DNA from: an uncultured Chloroflexia bacterium
Lineage (GTDB): Bacteria > Chloroflexota > Anaerolineae > Anaerolineales > E44-bin32
Assembly: GCA_963807065.1 (NCBI GenBank)
Contig: CAWDZQ010000002.1
Span: forward strand, 177,260 to 241,259
Direction of reading: 5' to 3'
DNA length: 64,000 nt
Part shown: positions 17,296 to 25,815 of the stretch, piece after piece
Layout: each line of letters begins with the position of its first letter
Numbering within the stretch: the first letter of the stretch is position 1
Translations under genes and position numbers: made by a program
The notes under the pieces: model-generated
The model's input: only the letters and a program-made list of their open reading frames with translations
The model's database searches: none
Told to the model about the DNA's origin: nothing

Positions 17296-18453
17296 TCACC
17301 GTAGTTGAAACCCGCCAACCGTTGCCTTTCCAAGGAACTCACCAAGCACGTGTTCGATCTGGCGCACCATGGGTTCATCTTCGGGCTGGGCCAGGGTCAG
17401 CGCGGCACCGATGTGATGGGCGCGGCCGGTGCGGCCGACGCGGTGCGTGTAGGCGTCAGCCGTGTCCGGCATGTCGTAGTTGATAACCTGCGCGATGTCC
17501 ACCACGTCAATTCCACGCGAAGCCACGTCGGTGGCGACCAGGATATCGTACCGATGGCTTCGGAAGCCGTCGATGGCTTCCTGGCGTCGATTTTGAGTCA
17601 TGTTGCCTTGCAACGCTTCAGCCCGAAAACCCTGTTTGTCCAGGTCCTTTGCCAGGCCGCGGGCGCGGTGCTTGGTGCGGGTAAAGATCAGCGTCCGACT
17701 CCCCTCGCCACGCTTCAGCATTTCCAGCAGAAGCTGCTTCTTCAGGCTGCCCACGATCGGGTAGAGGGCGTGGGAAACCGTGGCCGGCGGAGCCGTGGCG
17801 CCGACCTGAACCGTCGCAGGATCACGCATGATCCCGTCCGCCAGCCGACGGACATCATCCGGCATCGTCGCCGAGAAAAACAGCGACTGGCGCCGGGCGG
17901 GGATCAGCTTGATGATGCGCCGGACCTCGGGCAAGAAACCCATATCGCACATGCGATCGGCCTCGTCCAGGACAAGCACTTCAACCCGAGACAAGTCGAT
18001 ACTTCCTTCCCCAGCCAAATCGAGCAAGCGCCCTGGGCAGGCCACCACGATCTCGGCCCCTCGGCGGAGCGCATCCACCTGCCGCTTCTTGCCCACGCCG
18101 CCGTAGATCGCCACGCTTCGAACCCGTGTCCCCCGCCCGAACTGACGGGCGACCTGGTGAATCTGTTCGGCCAGCTCGCGTGTGGGCGCCAGGACCAACG
18201 CCCGGACGCCGCGACTTGGCCGGGCGATCAGGCGCTGGAGGATCGGAAGCAAGAAGGCCGCCGTTTTGCCGGTCCCCGTCTGAGCGATGCCGATCAGATC
18301 CTGGCCCGCGAGGATGGGGAGTATGGCCTGTTGTTGGATTGGGGTGGGCGACGAGTAGCCGGCGGATTTGATCCCGGCCCTGAGTCGGTCGTCCAGGGGA
18401 AAAGCTGAGAAACTCAAGAGAATGCTCCTTGGCTGTGTTGAGCCAGGTCGCAC
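17296..18453 (-). CDS. DEAD-box ATP-dependent RNA helicase (RhlE/CshA-like core)
   Basis: Has the Q motif (PTPIQ), AQTGTGKT, PTRELA, DEAD (VLDEADRM), SAT, ARGID and HRVGRTGR. Confidence 0.92.
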   Translation of the reverse strand: MRPGSTQPRSILLSFSAFPLDDRLRAGIKSAGYSSPTPIQQQAILPILAGQDLIGIAQTGTGKTAAFLLPILQRLIARPSRGVRALVLAPTRELAEQIHQVARQFGRGTRVRSVAIYGGVGKKRQVDALRRGAEIVVACPGRLLDLAGEGSIDLSRVEVLVLDEADRMCDMGFLPEVRRIIKLIPARRQSLFFSATMPDDVRRLADGIMRDPATVQVGATAPPATVSHALYPIVGSLKKQLLLEMLKRGEGSRTLIFTRTKHRARGLAKDLDKQGFRAEALQGNMTQNRRQEAIDGFRSHRYDILVATDVASRGIDVVDIAQVINYDMPDTADAYTHRVGRTGRAHHIGAALTLAQPEDEPMVRQIEHVLGEFLGKATVGGFQLR

Positions 18454-18717
18454 CCTCAGCTCACCATCAACAAAAAACCGGCAGCCCTATGCTGCCAGTC
18501 ATAGAGATTGTCAGACAGGGATCCCATGTCCTCTGTCTCGAGCCGCACTATACCACGCCCACGTGGCTGAGTCTATGGCCGGCGACGCCCCCCGACGGTG
18601 GAGCCATCTTGGCAGCCGCGTTCCCCAGCTCATTGTGCGAGGGAAATCGCAATAGATCCGGACCTCACCCGCCCGAGCCGAGAAGCCCCGCTCCAATCCA
18701 ACATTAATTTGTCCGGT

Positions 18718-18747
18718 TTGACATGCCAACTCGGCGGGCGATACAAT
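18718..18747 (+). promoter_or_regulatory. near-consensus sigma-70-type promoter (TTGACA-18-TACAAT)
   Basis: TTGACA is at 18718-18723 and TACAAT at 18742-18747. It points toward the xylF-like operon, 280 nt upstream of its ATG. Confidence 0.45.
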
Positions 18748-18851
18748 TTTGGGGTGCCGATGCTTTCCCGAAGGCCGACTCCAAGCCCGACCGGGGGCCG
18801 TCCGAAGGGCAGCACGGTTCTCCGATCCCCGTTCCCAATGGGGGTGATCGG

Positions 18852-18879
18852 CCAATTTGTGAAGATCTTCACAAATTGG
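18852..18879. promoter_or_regulatory. perfect 28-bp palindrome containing a CRP/FNR-type TGTGA-N6-TCACA core
   Basis: The palindrome is CCAATTTGTGAAGA|TCTTCACAAATTGG, with its core at 18858-18873. It lies about 105 nt downstream of the predicted promoter and 150 nt upstream of the xylF-like ATG. Confidence 0.6.
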
Positions 18880-19028
18880 ATGCTTTCAAAGACCCGGCTC
18901 GGGATGGCTGATCCCAATTCGACCCGGACAGGAAAGGAGGTTCGACCACCACAAAACGAAGATGATCAGACTTTGTTGAGGTAGTTCAACCCTTAGACGG
19001 TAGATCAGTGTATAGGTAGGAGTTGAAG

Positions 19029-20216
19029 ATGAAAAGCAAGATGTTAAAGCTCGTCACCTCGGTGATGGTCCTAGGCCTCGCCGCCGCAGCCTGCGGCCCA
19101 GCGGCCACCCCCACAACCGCCGCCACATCGGCACCAACCTCAGTTATGCCTCAGGCCACGGCGACGGAAGCCATGTCATCCACCTCAGCGCCGACCCAAG
19201 CTGCCAGCAGCGGAGGCACGATCGCCTTGCTGCTGCCGGAAACCAAGACGACCCGTTATGAGACCGCCGACAAGCCGGACTTCGAAGCCAAGTTCCAACA
19301 GCTGTGCCCGGACTGCCAGATCATCTACAGCAACGCCAACCAGGACGCCAACGCCCAGCTATCGCAAGCGGAAGCGGCCCTGACCAACGGCGCCAAGGTG
19401 TTGGTGCTCGACCCCGTGGACTCGGCCTCGGCCGGCGCCATCGCCGACAAGGCCAAGGCCCAAGGCGTGCCCGTCATCGCCTACGACCGGCTGATCCTCA
19501 ACTCGGACGGCGTCAACTACTACATCTCCTTCAACAACGTCAAAGTTGGCCAGCTTCAGGCGCAGAGCCTGGTGGACGCGCTGAACGCCATGAGCGTTTC
19601 CAAGCCGCAGATCGTGATGATCAACGGCTCTCCGACGGATAACAACGCCAGCCTGTTCAAGCAGGGGGCCCACAGCGTGTTCGACCCGCTGGTGACCTCC
19701 GGCGACCTGACCATCGCCAAGGAATACGACACGCCCGACTGGAGCCCGGATCAGGCGCAGAACGAGATGCAGCAGGCCCTGACGGCCATGAACAATCAGG
19801 TTGACGGGGTGTACGCCGCCAACGACGGCACCGCTTCCGGCGCCATCGCTGCCATGAAGGCCGCCGGCCTGAGCCCGCTGCCTCCGGTGACCGGGCAAGA
19901 CGCGGAACTGGCAGGTATCCAGCGCATCCTGACGGGTGAGCAATACATGACGGTCTACAAGGCGATCAAGCCTGAAGCCGAAGCCGCTGCCCAGCTCGCG
20001 TATGACCTGATGAAGGGCACCAGCGTGCCGGACAGCATGACCAACGGCGATACGACCAACAACGGCTCCATCGACGTTCCCTCCGTCTTGCTGACCCCGG
20101 TGGCCGTCACCAAGGACAACATCGCCGACACCGTGGTAGCCGATGGGTTCTGGACCATCGACCAGATCTGCACCGCCGACTACGCAGACGCCTGCACCGC
20201 AGCGGGTCTGAAGTAG
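19029..20216 (+). CDS. xylF: sugar (xylose-type, PBP1) ABC transporter substrate-binding lipoprotein
   Basis: Has a lipoprotein signal (LGLAAAACG) and a Thr/Ala/Pro linker, then XylF-like periplasmic-binding-fold sequence (VIAYDRLI, YISFNNVKVG, AANDGTASGAI, TGQDAE, MTVYK). I preferred the ATG at 19029 (AGGAG 7 nt upstream) over the TTG at 19023. Confidence 0.85.
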   Translation: MKSKMLKLVTSVMVLGLAAAACGPAATPTTAATSAPTSVMPQATATEAMSSTSAPTQAASSGGTIALLLPETKTTRYETADKPDFEAKFQQLCPDCQIIYSNANQDANAQLSQAEAALTNGAKVLVLDPVDSASAGAIADKAKAQGVPVIAYDRLILNSDGVNYYISFNNVKVGQLQAQSLVDALNAMSVSKPQIVMINGSPTDNNASLFKQGAHSVFDPLVTSGDLTIAKEYDTPDWSPDQAQNEMQQALTAMNNQVDGVYAANDGTASGAIAAMKAAGLSPLPPVTGQDAELAGIQRILTGEQYMTVYKAIKPEAEAAAQLAYDLMKGTSVPDSMTNGDTTNNGSIDVPSVLLTPVAVTKDNIADTVVADGFWTIDQICTADYADACTAAGLK

Positions 20217-20280
20217 GGATCGCGGCCTCCGCATCATCTCTCGCCCGAAGGCAGACGGTGATGCCGGACGACAACCCTCT

Positions 20281-20313
20281 GGAGCAGCCGCGGCCAGGTG
20301 CCGCGGCTGCTCC
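20281..20313 (+). other. intercistronic 13-bp GC hairpin between the binding-protein and ATPase genes
   Basis: ggagcagccgcgg-ccaggtg-ccgcggctgctcc. This position is typical of mRNA-stabilising or attenuating hairpins in ABC operons. Confidence 0.5.
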
Positions 20314-20328
20314 AAGTGGAGAGTGCGC

Positions 20329-21135
20329 ATGAACCAACCCAATTCAGCACCAATCCTTGAGCTCAAGGGGATCAGCAAACGCTTCGGCGCCGTCCAGGCG
20401 CTGGATTCGGTAGATTTCGAGGCCTACGCCGATCAGGTCGTGGGTTTGGTCGGCGACAACGGCGCCGGCAAGTCGACGCTGGTCAAGATCATTTCCGGGG
20501 TGTATCAGCCGGACGAAGGGACATTTTCCTTCGAGGGCAGGCCTGTGAACATCGACCAGCCGTCGGACGCCACCCGGCTCGGAATCGAGACCGTCTACCA
20601 GGATCTGGCGCTGTGTGACAACCTCGACGTGGTAGGAAATCTCTACCTAGGCCGTGAATTGCTGCGGCCGTTGATCCCCGGCTTGTTGTCCACCATGGAT
20701 GAAATCGAGATGGAGCAGACGGCTCTCAGGCTTGTCGGAGATCTGCATGTCACGCTCCCCTCTGTCCGCGAAGAGGTCGCCAGCCTCTCCGGCGGTCAGC
20801 GGCAGTCGGTGGCCGTGGCCCGGGCCGTGCTCTGGAACTCCAAGGTTTTGCTCCTTGACGAACCGACGGCCGCCCTGGGTGTGGAGCAAACCCAGCAGGT
20901 CAAGGCCCTGATCAAACGCCTGCGCCAGCGCGGCCTAGCCGTGGTGATCATCAGCCACAATTTGGCAGATATCTTCGATGTCTCCGATCGCATCATAGTG
21001 CTGCGCTTGGGCCACCGTGTGGCCACCTTTGACACCAAGGACACCAACGCCGAGTCCGTCGTTGGAGCCATCACCGGTGCCGAGTTCGGCGCACTGGACT
21101 CGGAGTCGAAGTCCAAGAGAGGCTCGAATGCTTGA
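20329..21135 (+). CDS. sugar ABC transporter ATP-binding protein (single NBD)
   Basis: Has Walker A (GDNGAGKST), the signature (LSGGQRQ) and Walker B (LLLDEPTAAL). The start is ATG 20329 or GTG 20323. Confidence 0.88.
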   Translation: MNQPNSAPILELKGISKRFGAVQALDSVDFEAYADQVVGLVGDNGAGKSTLVKIISGVYQPDEGTFSFEGRPVNIDQPSDATRLGIETVYQDLALCDNLDVVGNLYLGRELLRPLIPGLLSTMDEIEMEQTALRLVGDLHVTLPSVREEVASLSGGQRQSVAVARAVLWNSKVLLLDEPTAALGVEQTQQVKALIKRLRQRGLAVVIISHNLADIFDVSDRIIVLRLGHRVATFDTKDTNAESVVGAITGAEFGALDSESKSKRGSNA

Positions 21136-22375
21136 CCCAGCTGCAGATGGCGAGAAGGACCCGCCCTCATCCCTTGCTTCGAGGCTCCAGTATCTCATCC
21201 CCCAGCGCCTGACGGACGGTGATTTGGGCTCTCTGCCGATCCTGATCGGATTGGCCGTCATCGCCGGCATCTTTCAGATGGCCAATCATCATTTCCTTTC
21301 CCCGTTGAACCTGACCAATCTGGTGGTCCAGATCTCGGCCATCGGCACCATTTCCGTGGGGGTGGTCCTGGTGCTCCTCATCGGAGAAATCGATCTGTCG
21401 GTCGGCGCCGTCAGCGGCCTCACGGCCGGGGTGATGGCGGTGTTTGCGGTCAAATCCGGATGGCCCGGGCCGCTGGCCGTGCTGGCCGGAATCCTGGCCG
21501 GTGCCGGGATCGGGCTGCTGCAGGGAGCCTGGTTTGCCAAACTCCACGTGCCCTCCTTCGTGGTCACTCTGGCGGGATACCTGGGCTGGCAGGGCGCCCT
21601 GCTCTACGTCCTGGGAAGCACTGGCACGATCAACCTCAACGATCCCTTCATTGTCGGTTTGGCCAATACGCGCATGCCTGTCTGGTTCGGCTGGGCTTTG
21701 GCCGGCCTGCTCCTATCGGTCTTTGGCTGGCGCGTGCTCGCCGACTGGTCCCGCCGGAAGAAGCTCCATCTGCAGGTCGCCTCCGGCTGGTCCATTGCGG
21801 GGCGGATCGGCATCGTCGCCGTGGCCGCTCTGGGGTCGGTCACCCTAATGAGCGTCAACCGCAACCCGGTGAAGGGTGGCCCTGCCATCAGCGGTGTCCC
21901 ATCGGCTATCCTGGCCCTGTTAGCCTTCGTCATCTGTTTCGATTTGATCCTGCGGCGCACGCGCTTCGGCCGGGCCGTTTTTGCCGTCGGCGGGAATGTA
22001 GAAGCCGCTCGGCGAGCCGGGATCGACGTCGATCGTTTGCGCATCACCATCTTCGTGCTCTGTTCCGCCCTGGCTGCCGCCGGCGGCCTGCTGGCCGGGT
22101 CCCGCCTTCAGGCAGTCAACCAGTCATCGGGGAGCGGGGACGTCCTTCTCAATGCCATCGCGGCTGCCGTCATCGGCGGCACCAGCCTGTTCGGGGGACG
22201 CGGCAGCACGTGGGCGGCCCTGCTGGGGGCGTTGGTGATCGGCTCGATTTCCAATGGGATGGACTTGCTGGCTTTCGCGTCTTCGGTCAAGTTCATGGTG
22301 ACCGGGGCGGTGCTGCTCTTGGCCGTGACGGTGGACGCCCTTGGACACTCCCGCCGAGAACAGAGCGGGACCTAG
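21128..22375 (+). CDS. sugar ABC transporter permease (XylH/branched-chain-type)
   Basis: Polytopic membrane protein. The start at 21128 overlaps the ATPase stop. The longer ORF from 21017 is an out-of-frame overlap with the ATPase gene. Confidence 0.85.
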   Translation: MLDPAADGEKDPPSSLASRLQYLIPQRLTDGDLGSLPILIGLAVIAGIFQMANHHFLSPLNLTNLVVQISAIGTISVGVVLVLLIGEIDLSVGAVSGLTAGVMAVFAVKSGWPGPLAVLAGILAGAGIGLLQGAWFAKLHVPSFVVTLAGYLGWQGALLYVLGSTGTINLNDPFIVGLANTRMPVWFGWALAGLLLSVFGWRVLADWSRRKKLHLQVASGWSIAGRIGIVAVAALGSVTLMSVNRNPVKGGPAISGVPSAILALLAFVICFDLILRRTRFGRAVFAVGGNVEAARRAGIDVDRLRITIFVLCSALAAAGGLLAGSRLQAVNQSSGSGDVLLNAIAAAVIGGTSLFGGRGSTWAALLGALVIGSISNGMDLLAFASSVKFMVTGAVLLLAVTVDALGHSRREQSGT

Positions 22376-22447
22376 CCGGCAGCCCGTGACGGCTCTCACC
22401 ACCTCAAACTGACCTGATCAGATCCCCTGACCCCCCTTCGTCCCGAT

Positions 22448-22463
22448 TGTGAGAGTTTTCACA
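22448..22463. promoter_or_regulatory. perfect CRP/FNR-type site TGTGA-N6-TCACA at convergent gene ends
   Basis: The sequence is cgatTGTGAgagtttTCACAAac. Its right half-site contains the TGA stop (22459-22461, minus strand) of the DMT transporter gene. It lies 73 nt after the permease stop. Confidence 0.45.
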
Positions 22464-23421
22464 AACCGTTTGGCCGCGCCCCAAGACGCGGCCAAGCGAG
22501 CAGGCTCACGCCCCCCACCACAAGCACCGCGCCCGCCAGCTGCAGGCCATCCAATCTTTCTCCCAACAGCAGATAGGACAACACGGCAGCGAAGGCGACC
22601 TCCGAGTTGGAAGTAATGGAGGCCACGCTGGCCTGTGGGCGGTGCAACCCGGCCGTGTACAGGCCGAACCCGGCCACCGTCGTGAACAGGACCAATCCAG
22701 CGAAGGAAGCCAGCACCCGAGGCTGGAACGACCAGGGCATCGCCGCCTGGCCAACTTGGAACGGCAGGAGTGCCAGGGCGGCGAATCCGAAGACATACAC
22801 CAGAATGGTCCACGAACTGTAGGAACCGGCGAGCTTCTTTCCGATGAGAGAGAAGGATCCGTACAACAGCGCCGAGAGCAGCGCCACGCCAAACCCAGTC
22901 AAGGTGATGCTCATCCCCTGAAGCCGGTCCAAACGCGCAATGAGGACGACCCCAGCCAGAGCCAAAAGAATCGCCAACAACTTGAGCCGCGTCAGGGGCT
23001 CCTTCCACACAACCCAGGCGGCCAGGGTCACGAAGAGGGGGGCGAGGCATTGGATCACGGTTGAAATCGACACGCCGTTGAGCAGGATGGACGTGTTCCA
23101 CAAGACGTGGAATGCGCCTATGCCGATGGCGCCCATGCCGGCCAGCCAGGGGAGGTCTTGCCGCCGGACCCGGAGAAGCACAGGCCGAAACACGGCCAGC
23201 CCGATGAGCAGCGCACAGAAGGTGAACAAGTCACGCCAAAACGCCAGCCCCACGGCCCGCATTCGGCTTCCATCCGAGATGTAGCGGATGAAGATGCCGG
23301 AGGTCGACCAACAAGCCGTCGCCAGCAGGACCATCGCGAATCCAGGGGAATTGGAGGTCGTGACGCCGCCCTCATCGACCCGGCTCCAGGCCCGGATGGC
23401 TGCGGCCGGGTCAGCCTTCAT
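22459..23421 (-). CDS. DMT-superfamily (EamA-like) transporter
   Basis: The 320-aa ORF has 10 predicted TM helices with a duplicated EamA-like architecture. Its start overlaps the upstream stop by 1 nt (TAATG). Confidence 0.85.
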   Translation of the reverse strand: MKADPAAAIRAWSRVDEGGVTTSNSPGFAMVLLATACWSTSGIFIRYISDGSRMRAVGLAFWRDLFTFCALLIGLAVFRPVLLRVRRQDLPWLAGMGAIGIGAFHVLWNTSILLNGVSISTVIQCLAPLFVTLAAWVVWKEPLTRLKLLAILLALAGVVLIARLDRLQGMSITLTGFGVALLSALLYGSFSLIGKKLAGSYSSWTILVYVFGFAALALLPFQVGQAAMPWSFQPRVLASFAGLVLFTTVAGFGLYTAGLHRPQASVASITSNSEVAFAAVLSYLLLGERLDGLQLAGAVLVVGGVSLLAWPRLGARPNGL

Positions 23422-25019
23422 TACCGGCTTGCATTTAGTCCGGTGGCTTCAGGGGTGAGCGCCATCGCATCCACATATCGCTGCATGAAATTGGGCTCCA
23501 GGTCGAGGTCGACCTGTTGTGCTTGCTCAGCCAGAGCTTCGCCTCGGGCAAACCCATCGTCGAATAAGAACTTGGCTGCCCCGAAACCGGCCCCATTGGC
23601 GATCGTCTCCACCGTCTCCCGGCTGAAAGGCGGAATCATCCCCAGCGAGAGCACGGCATCAATCTCCACCTGCCCCCCAAAGGACCCCGTCAGGATCACC
23701 TGCCGCATGTCGCCGGGGGCCAAGTTGAGTTTCGCCATCAGGATATTGATGGCGGCGCGGATGGCAGCCTTGGCTTTTTGAAGCTCGCGGATGTCCCACT
23801 GTGTCAGATAGAGGCCTGTGCCAGGCACGAGATTGAGCCGGGCGGCGCCCGTCGAGTCCCGATCGAATCGGCCTGCCAACAAGGAAGGCTTGGCGGAAAA
23901 GCGGCCATTGGGCTCTATCAAGCCCGACCGGCGCAGTTCGTGGACCAAGCTCATCAGGCCCGATCCTGTCATCCCGATGGGCAATTCTTTGGCGATCGTG
24001 TCGAACGCCAGGTCACCGTCAGACCAGGACGCCCGGACGATCGCACCGTCCACCGCCCGACTGCCACAGGAGATGTTGACCCCTTCAAACGCCGGCCCGG
24101 CGGCCGTCGAAGCCGTCAGGATGCGTTGCCCGTCGGTCACCATCACTTCCCCATTGGTCCCCAGGTCGATGGCGGCCTTCGGCCCATCCACCTGATCGAA
24201 ACCGAACTGGACCATGCAGGCCAGTGCATCCGACCCCACGAATCCGCCGATAAGCGGGGGGAGCATCACCTGAACGCTTTCGGGAAAAATGCCTTCCATC
24301 ATGCGGCCGGCGTCCTTGATCGCATGGCGTTCAAAGGGTTGAAAGGGCATCTGGGCCAGGCTCTCCACGGGCAGACCCGTAAGCAGGTGGTGCATGGCCG
24401 TGTTGCCGACGATGGTGGCTCGTGCCACGCACTGCAGGATTTTCTCAGGCAGGTGCAAGCCATCAACCGCCTGGTTGATGGACGCCAGAGCCAGCCGCCT
24501 CAGCCGATCCCGATCTTCATCCCGGTTGATGGCGGCGTTCAGACGGGAAATCACATCGGCGCCGTACACGGTCTGCTGATTGAGACTCCCCGAGCCCGCA
24601 CAAACTTCACCGTCATCCAGCATCACCAGGAAGGCAGCCACTGTGGTCGTCCCAAGGTCGATCGCCAGGCCGATCGGGGCCTGGCTGCGTTTGTACCGGT
24701 TGCTGCTGCGGAAGATCTTGTTTGAATAGACCACGATCGGCGAAAGGACCACTCGGGTGTCCCCGGCCACCGTCGCCCTGCAGGCCAGCCGGCTGTTGAG
24801 CGCTAACTCGCCGGCTGTCAGGTGCTCGAGTTCCACCTCATCCGGCGGCGCGACGCCCTTCTCGGCCAACACCTTGCACAACCCACAGATGCCGCGTCCA
24901 GCGCAGGGCTGCTCTAAAGGAAGGCCAGTCCCGGCGATCACATCGCCGATGATTTGACCAACCTCGGCAGTGGTGGATTTTGTCGTCTCGCCGTAGATCA
25001 CGGTCACATTGGGCATCAA
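23421..25019 (-). CDS. 2Fe-2S ferredoxin domain fused to an ASKHA-fold ATPase (RACo-like / DUF4445-type)
   Basis: The N-terminus has plant-type ferredoxin Cys spacing (CAGRGICGLCKV...C). The central part has LAIDLGTTTV and DLGTNGE actin-like ATPase motifs. Confidence 0.8.
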   Translation of the reverse strand: MMPNVTVIYGETTKSTTAEVGQIIGDVIAGTGLPLEQPCAGRGICGLCKVLAEKGVAPPDEVELEHLTAGELALNSRLACRATVAGDTRVVLSPIVVYSNKIFRSSNRYKRSQAPIGLAIDLGTTTVAAFLVMLDDGEVCAGSGSLNQQTVYGADVISRLNAAINRDEDRDRLRRLALASINQAVDGLHLPEKILQCVARATIVGNTAMHHLLTGLPVESLAQMPFQPFERHAIKDAGRMMEGIFPESVQVMLPPLIGGFVGSDALACMVQFGFDQVDGPKAAIDLGTNGEVMVTDGQRILTASTAAGPAFEGVNISCGSRAVDGAIVRASWSDGDLAFDTIAKELPIGMTGSGLMSLVHELRRSGLIEPNGRFSAKPSLLAGRFDRDSTGAARLNLVPGTGLYLTQWDIRELQKAKAAIRAAINILMAKLNLAPGDMRQVILTGSFGGQVEIDAVLSLGMIPPFSRETVETIANGAGFGAAKFLFDDGFARGEALAEQAQQVDLDLEPNFMQRYVDAMALTPEATGLNASR

Positions 25020-25020
25020 C

Positions 25021-25209
25021 TCAGGCGCCTCCCTGGCGCGCCTCGTTCCCCGCCTTCAGTAACATCCATGAGCCCTGTAGAACCCCACGACCCGAGATGA
25101 GCGCCCTTCGAAACTTGAATGTGCAACCCATGCGTGTTGGTCCCCTGCTTGGGCAGGGCGATGCCCGCTCATCGAATGGGCACAAGCCGGGGAGGTCATC
25201 AGCGATCAA
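25021..25209 (-). CDS. possible 62-aa Cys-containing small protein filling the gap between two operon genes
   Basis: A TTG start overlaps the upstream TGA (TTGA), and the stop is 1 nt before the downstream ATG (25019). I have no homology argument. It could also be a frame-shifted tail of the upstream Fe-S protein. Confidence 0.25.
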   Translation of the reverse strand: MIADDLPGLCPFDERASPCPSRGPTRMGCTFKFRRALISGRGVLQGSWMLLKAGNEARQGGA

Positions 25210-25757
25210 TGGGCAAGCTCGTCCCCTGCCGGCCCTGGGATCAACGCTCTGATTTCAAACAAGTTGCCAAGGTGGGCGTCTTCCAGCAATACGGGGCAAT
25301 CCTCCGGCACACGTCGGTGAGCCACGAGCTTGAGAGCAAATATGAAGCAGGTGGGCTCTCCACACTTCTGGCAGTTGGACCGAGGCAGCAGCTTGTAGAC
25401 GTCCGTCGGCACCGGACGCTGGTGGGTTTCAAAGTCGGGGGTGATGTCCGCCCGCCGTGACCAGGTCCAATTCACGAGTTCGACAAGCTCGTCCAGTTGG
25501 GTGATGGCCTGTGCTCGATCTTCAACATTGGCCACCGCGATCTGCGTGGCGTGGAACGAGACGGGCAGGCCGCCCATCTTGCAGGTTAGGGCTTCGGCAC
25601 GCGGATGATAAACCGCTCCCACCAGGCAGGCGTTCAGCAGAGGCAGCACCCCGCGAATATCCGCCTCCAAGTGAGCGATCGCCGCGAAGCTCTCAGTGCC
25701 CGGTTCGCAGGGCGGGGTAAACACTTCGAGTGTGTAATCCTGGATCAGCCCCGCCAT
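25206..25757 (-). CDS. small protein with an RnfB/CdhD-type 4Fe-4S 'FeS' domain
   Basis: Has the LLPRSNCQKCGEPTCFIFALKLV motif. The start at 25757 has GGAGGAGAAA directly upstream. Confidence 0.7.
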   Translation of the reverse strand: MAGLIQDYTLEVFTPPCEPGTESFAAIAHLEADIRGVLPLLNACLVGAVYHPRAEALTCKMGGLPVSFHATQIAVANVEDRAQAITQLDELVELVNWTWSRRADITPDFETHQRPVPTDVYKLLPRSNCQKCGEPTCFIFALKLVAHRRVPEDCPVLLEDAHLGNLFEIRALIPGPAGDELAH

Positions 25758-25815
25758 TTTCTCCTCCGGGGGCACGCGCTGCCCCCTGCCAGGGACGTCG
25801 GGTTCGCGTTGCGCC

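Noticed and set aside
18751-18855. Possible small SRP (4.5S) RNA. GUCCGAAGGGCAGCA at 18800-18814 resembles the helix-8 motif GUCCGGAAGGAAGCAGC, it sits behind a strong promoter, and the 5'/3' ends are complementary.
   Set aside because: I could not fold the ~100 nt into the continuous SRP hairpin. The apical loop is GAAG, not GNRA; the strands are unequal in length; and competing local hairpins are present. It remains an open leader/sRNA candidate only, and a covariance-model search would decide.
18852-18879. Interpreting the TGTGA-N6-TCACA palindromes simply as intrinsic terminator hairpins, since three of them lie just downstream of gene ends.
   Set aside because: The stems are short and AT-rich (6-7 bp, except the 28-bp copy), whereas the window's real terminator-like hairpins are long and GC-rich with unrelated sequences. 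Conservation of the specific half-site sequence, and copies in divergent promoter regions (htrA, bfr), fit a protein-binding site better. A dual role is not excluded.
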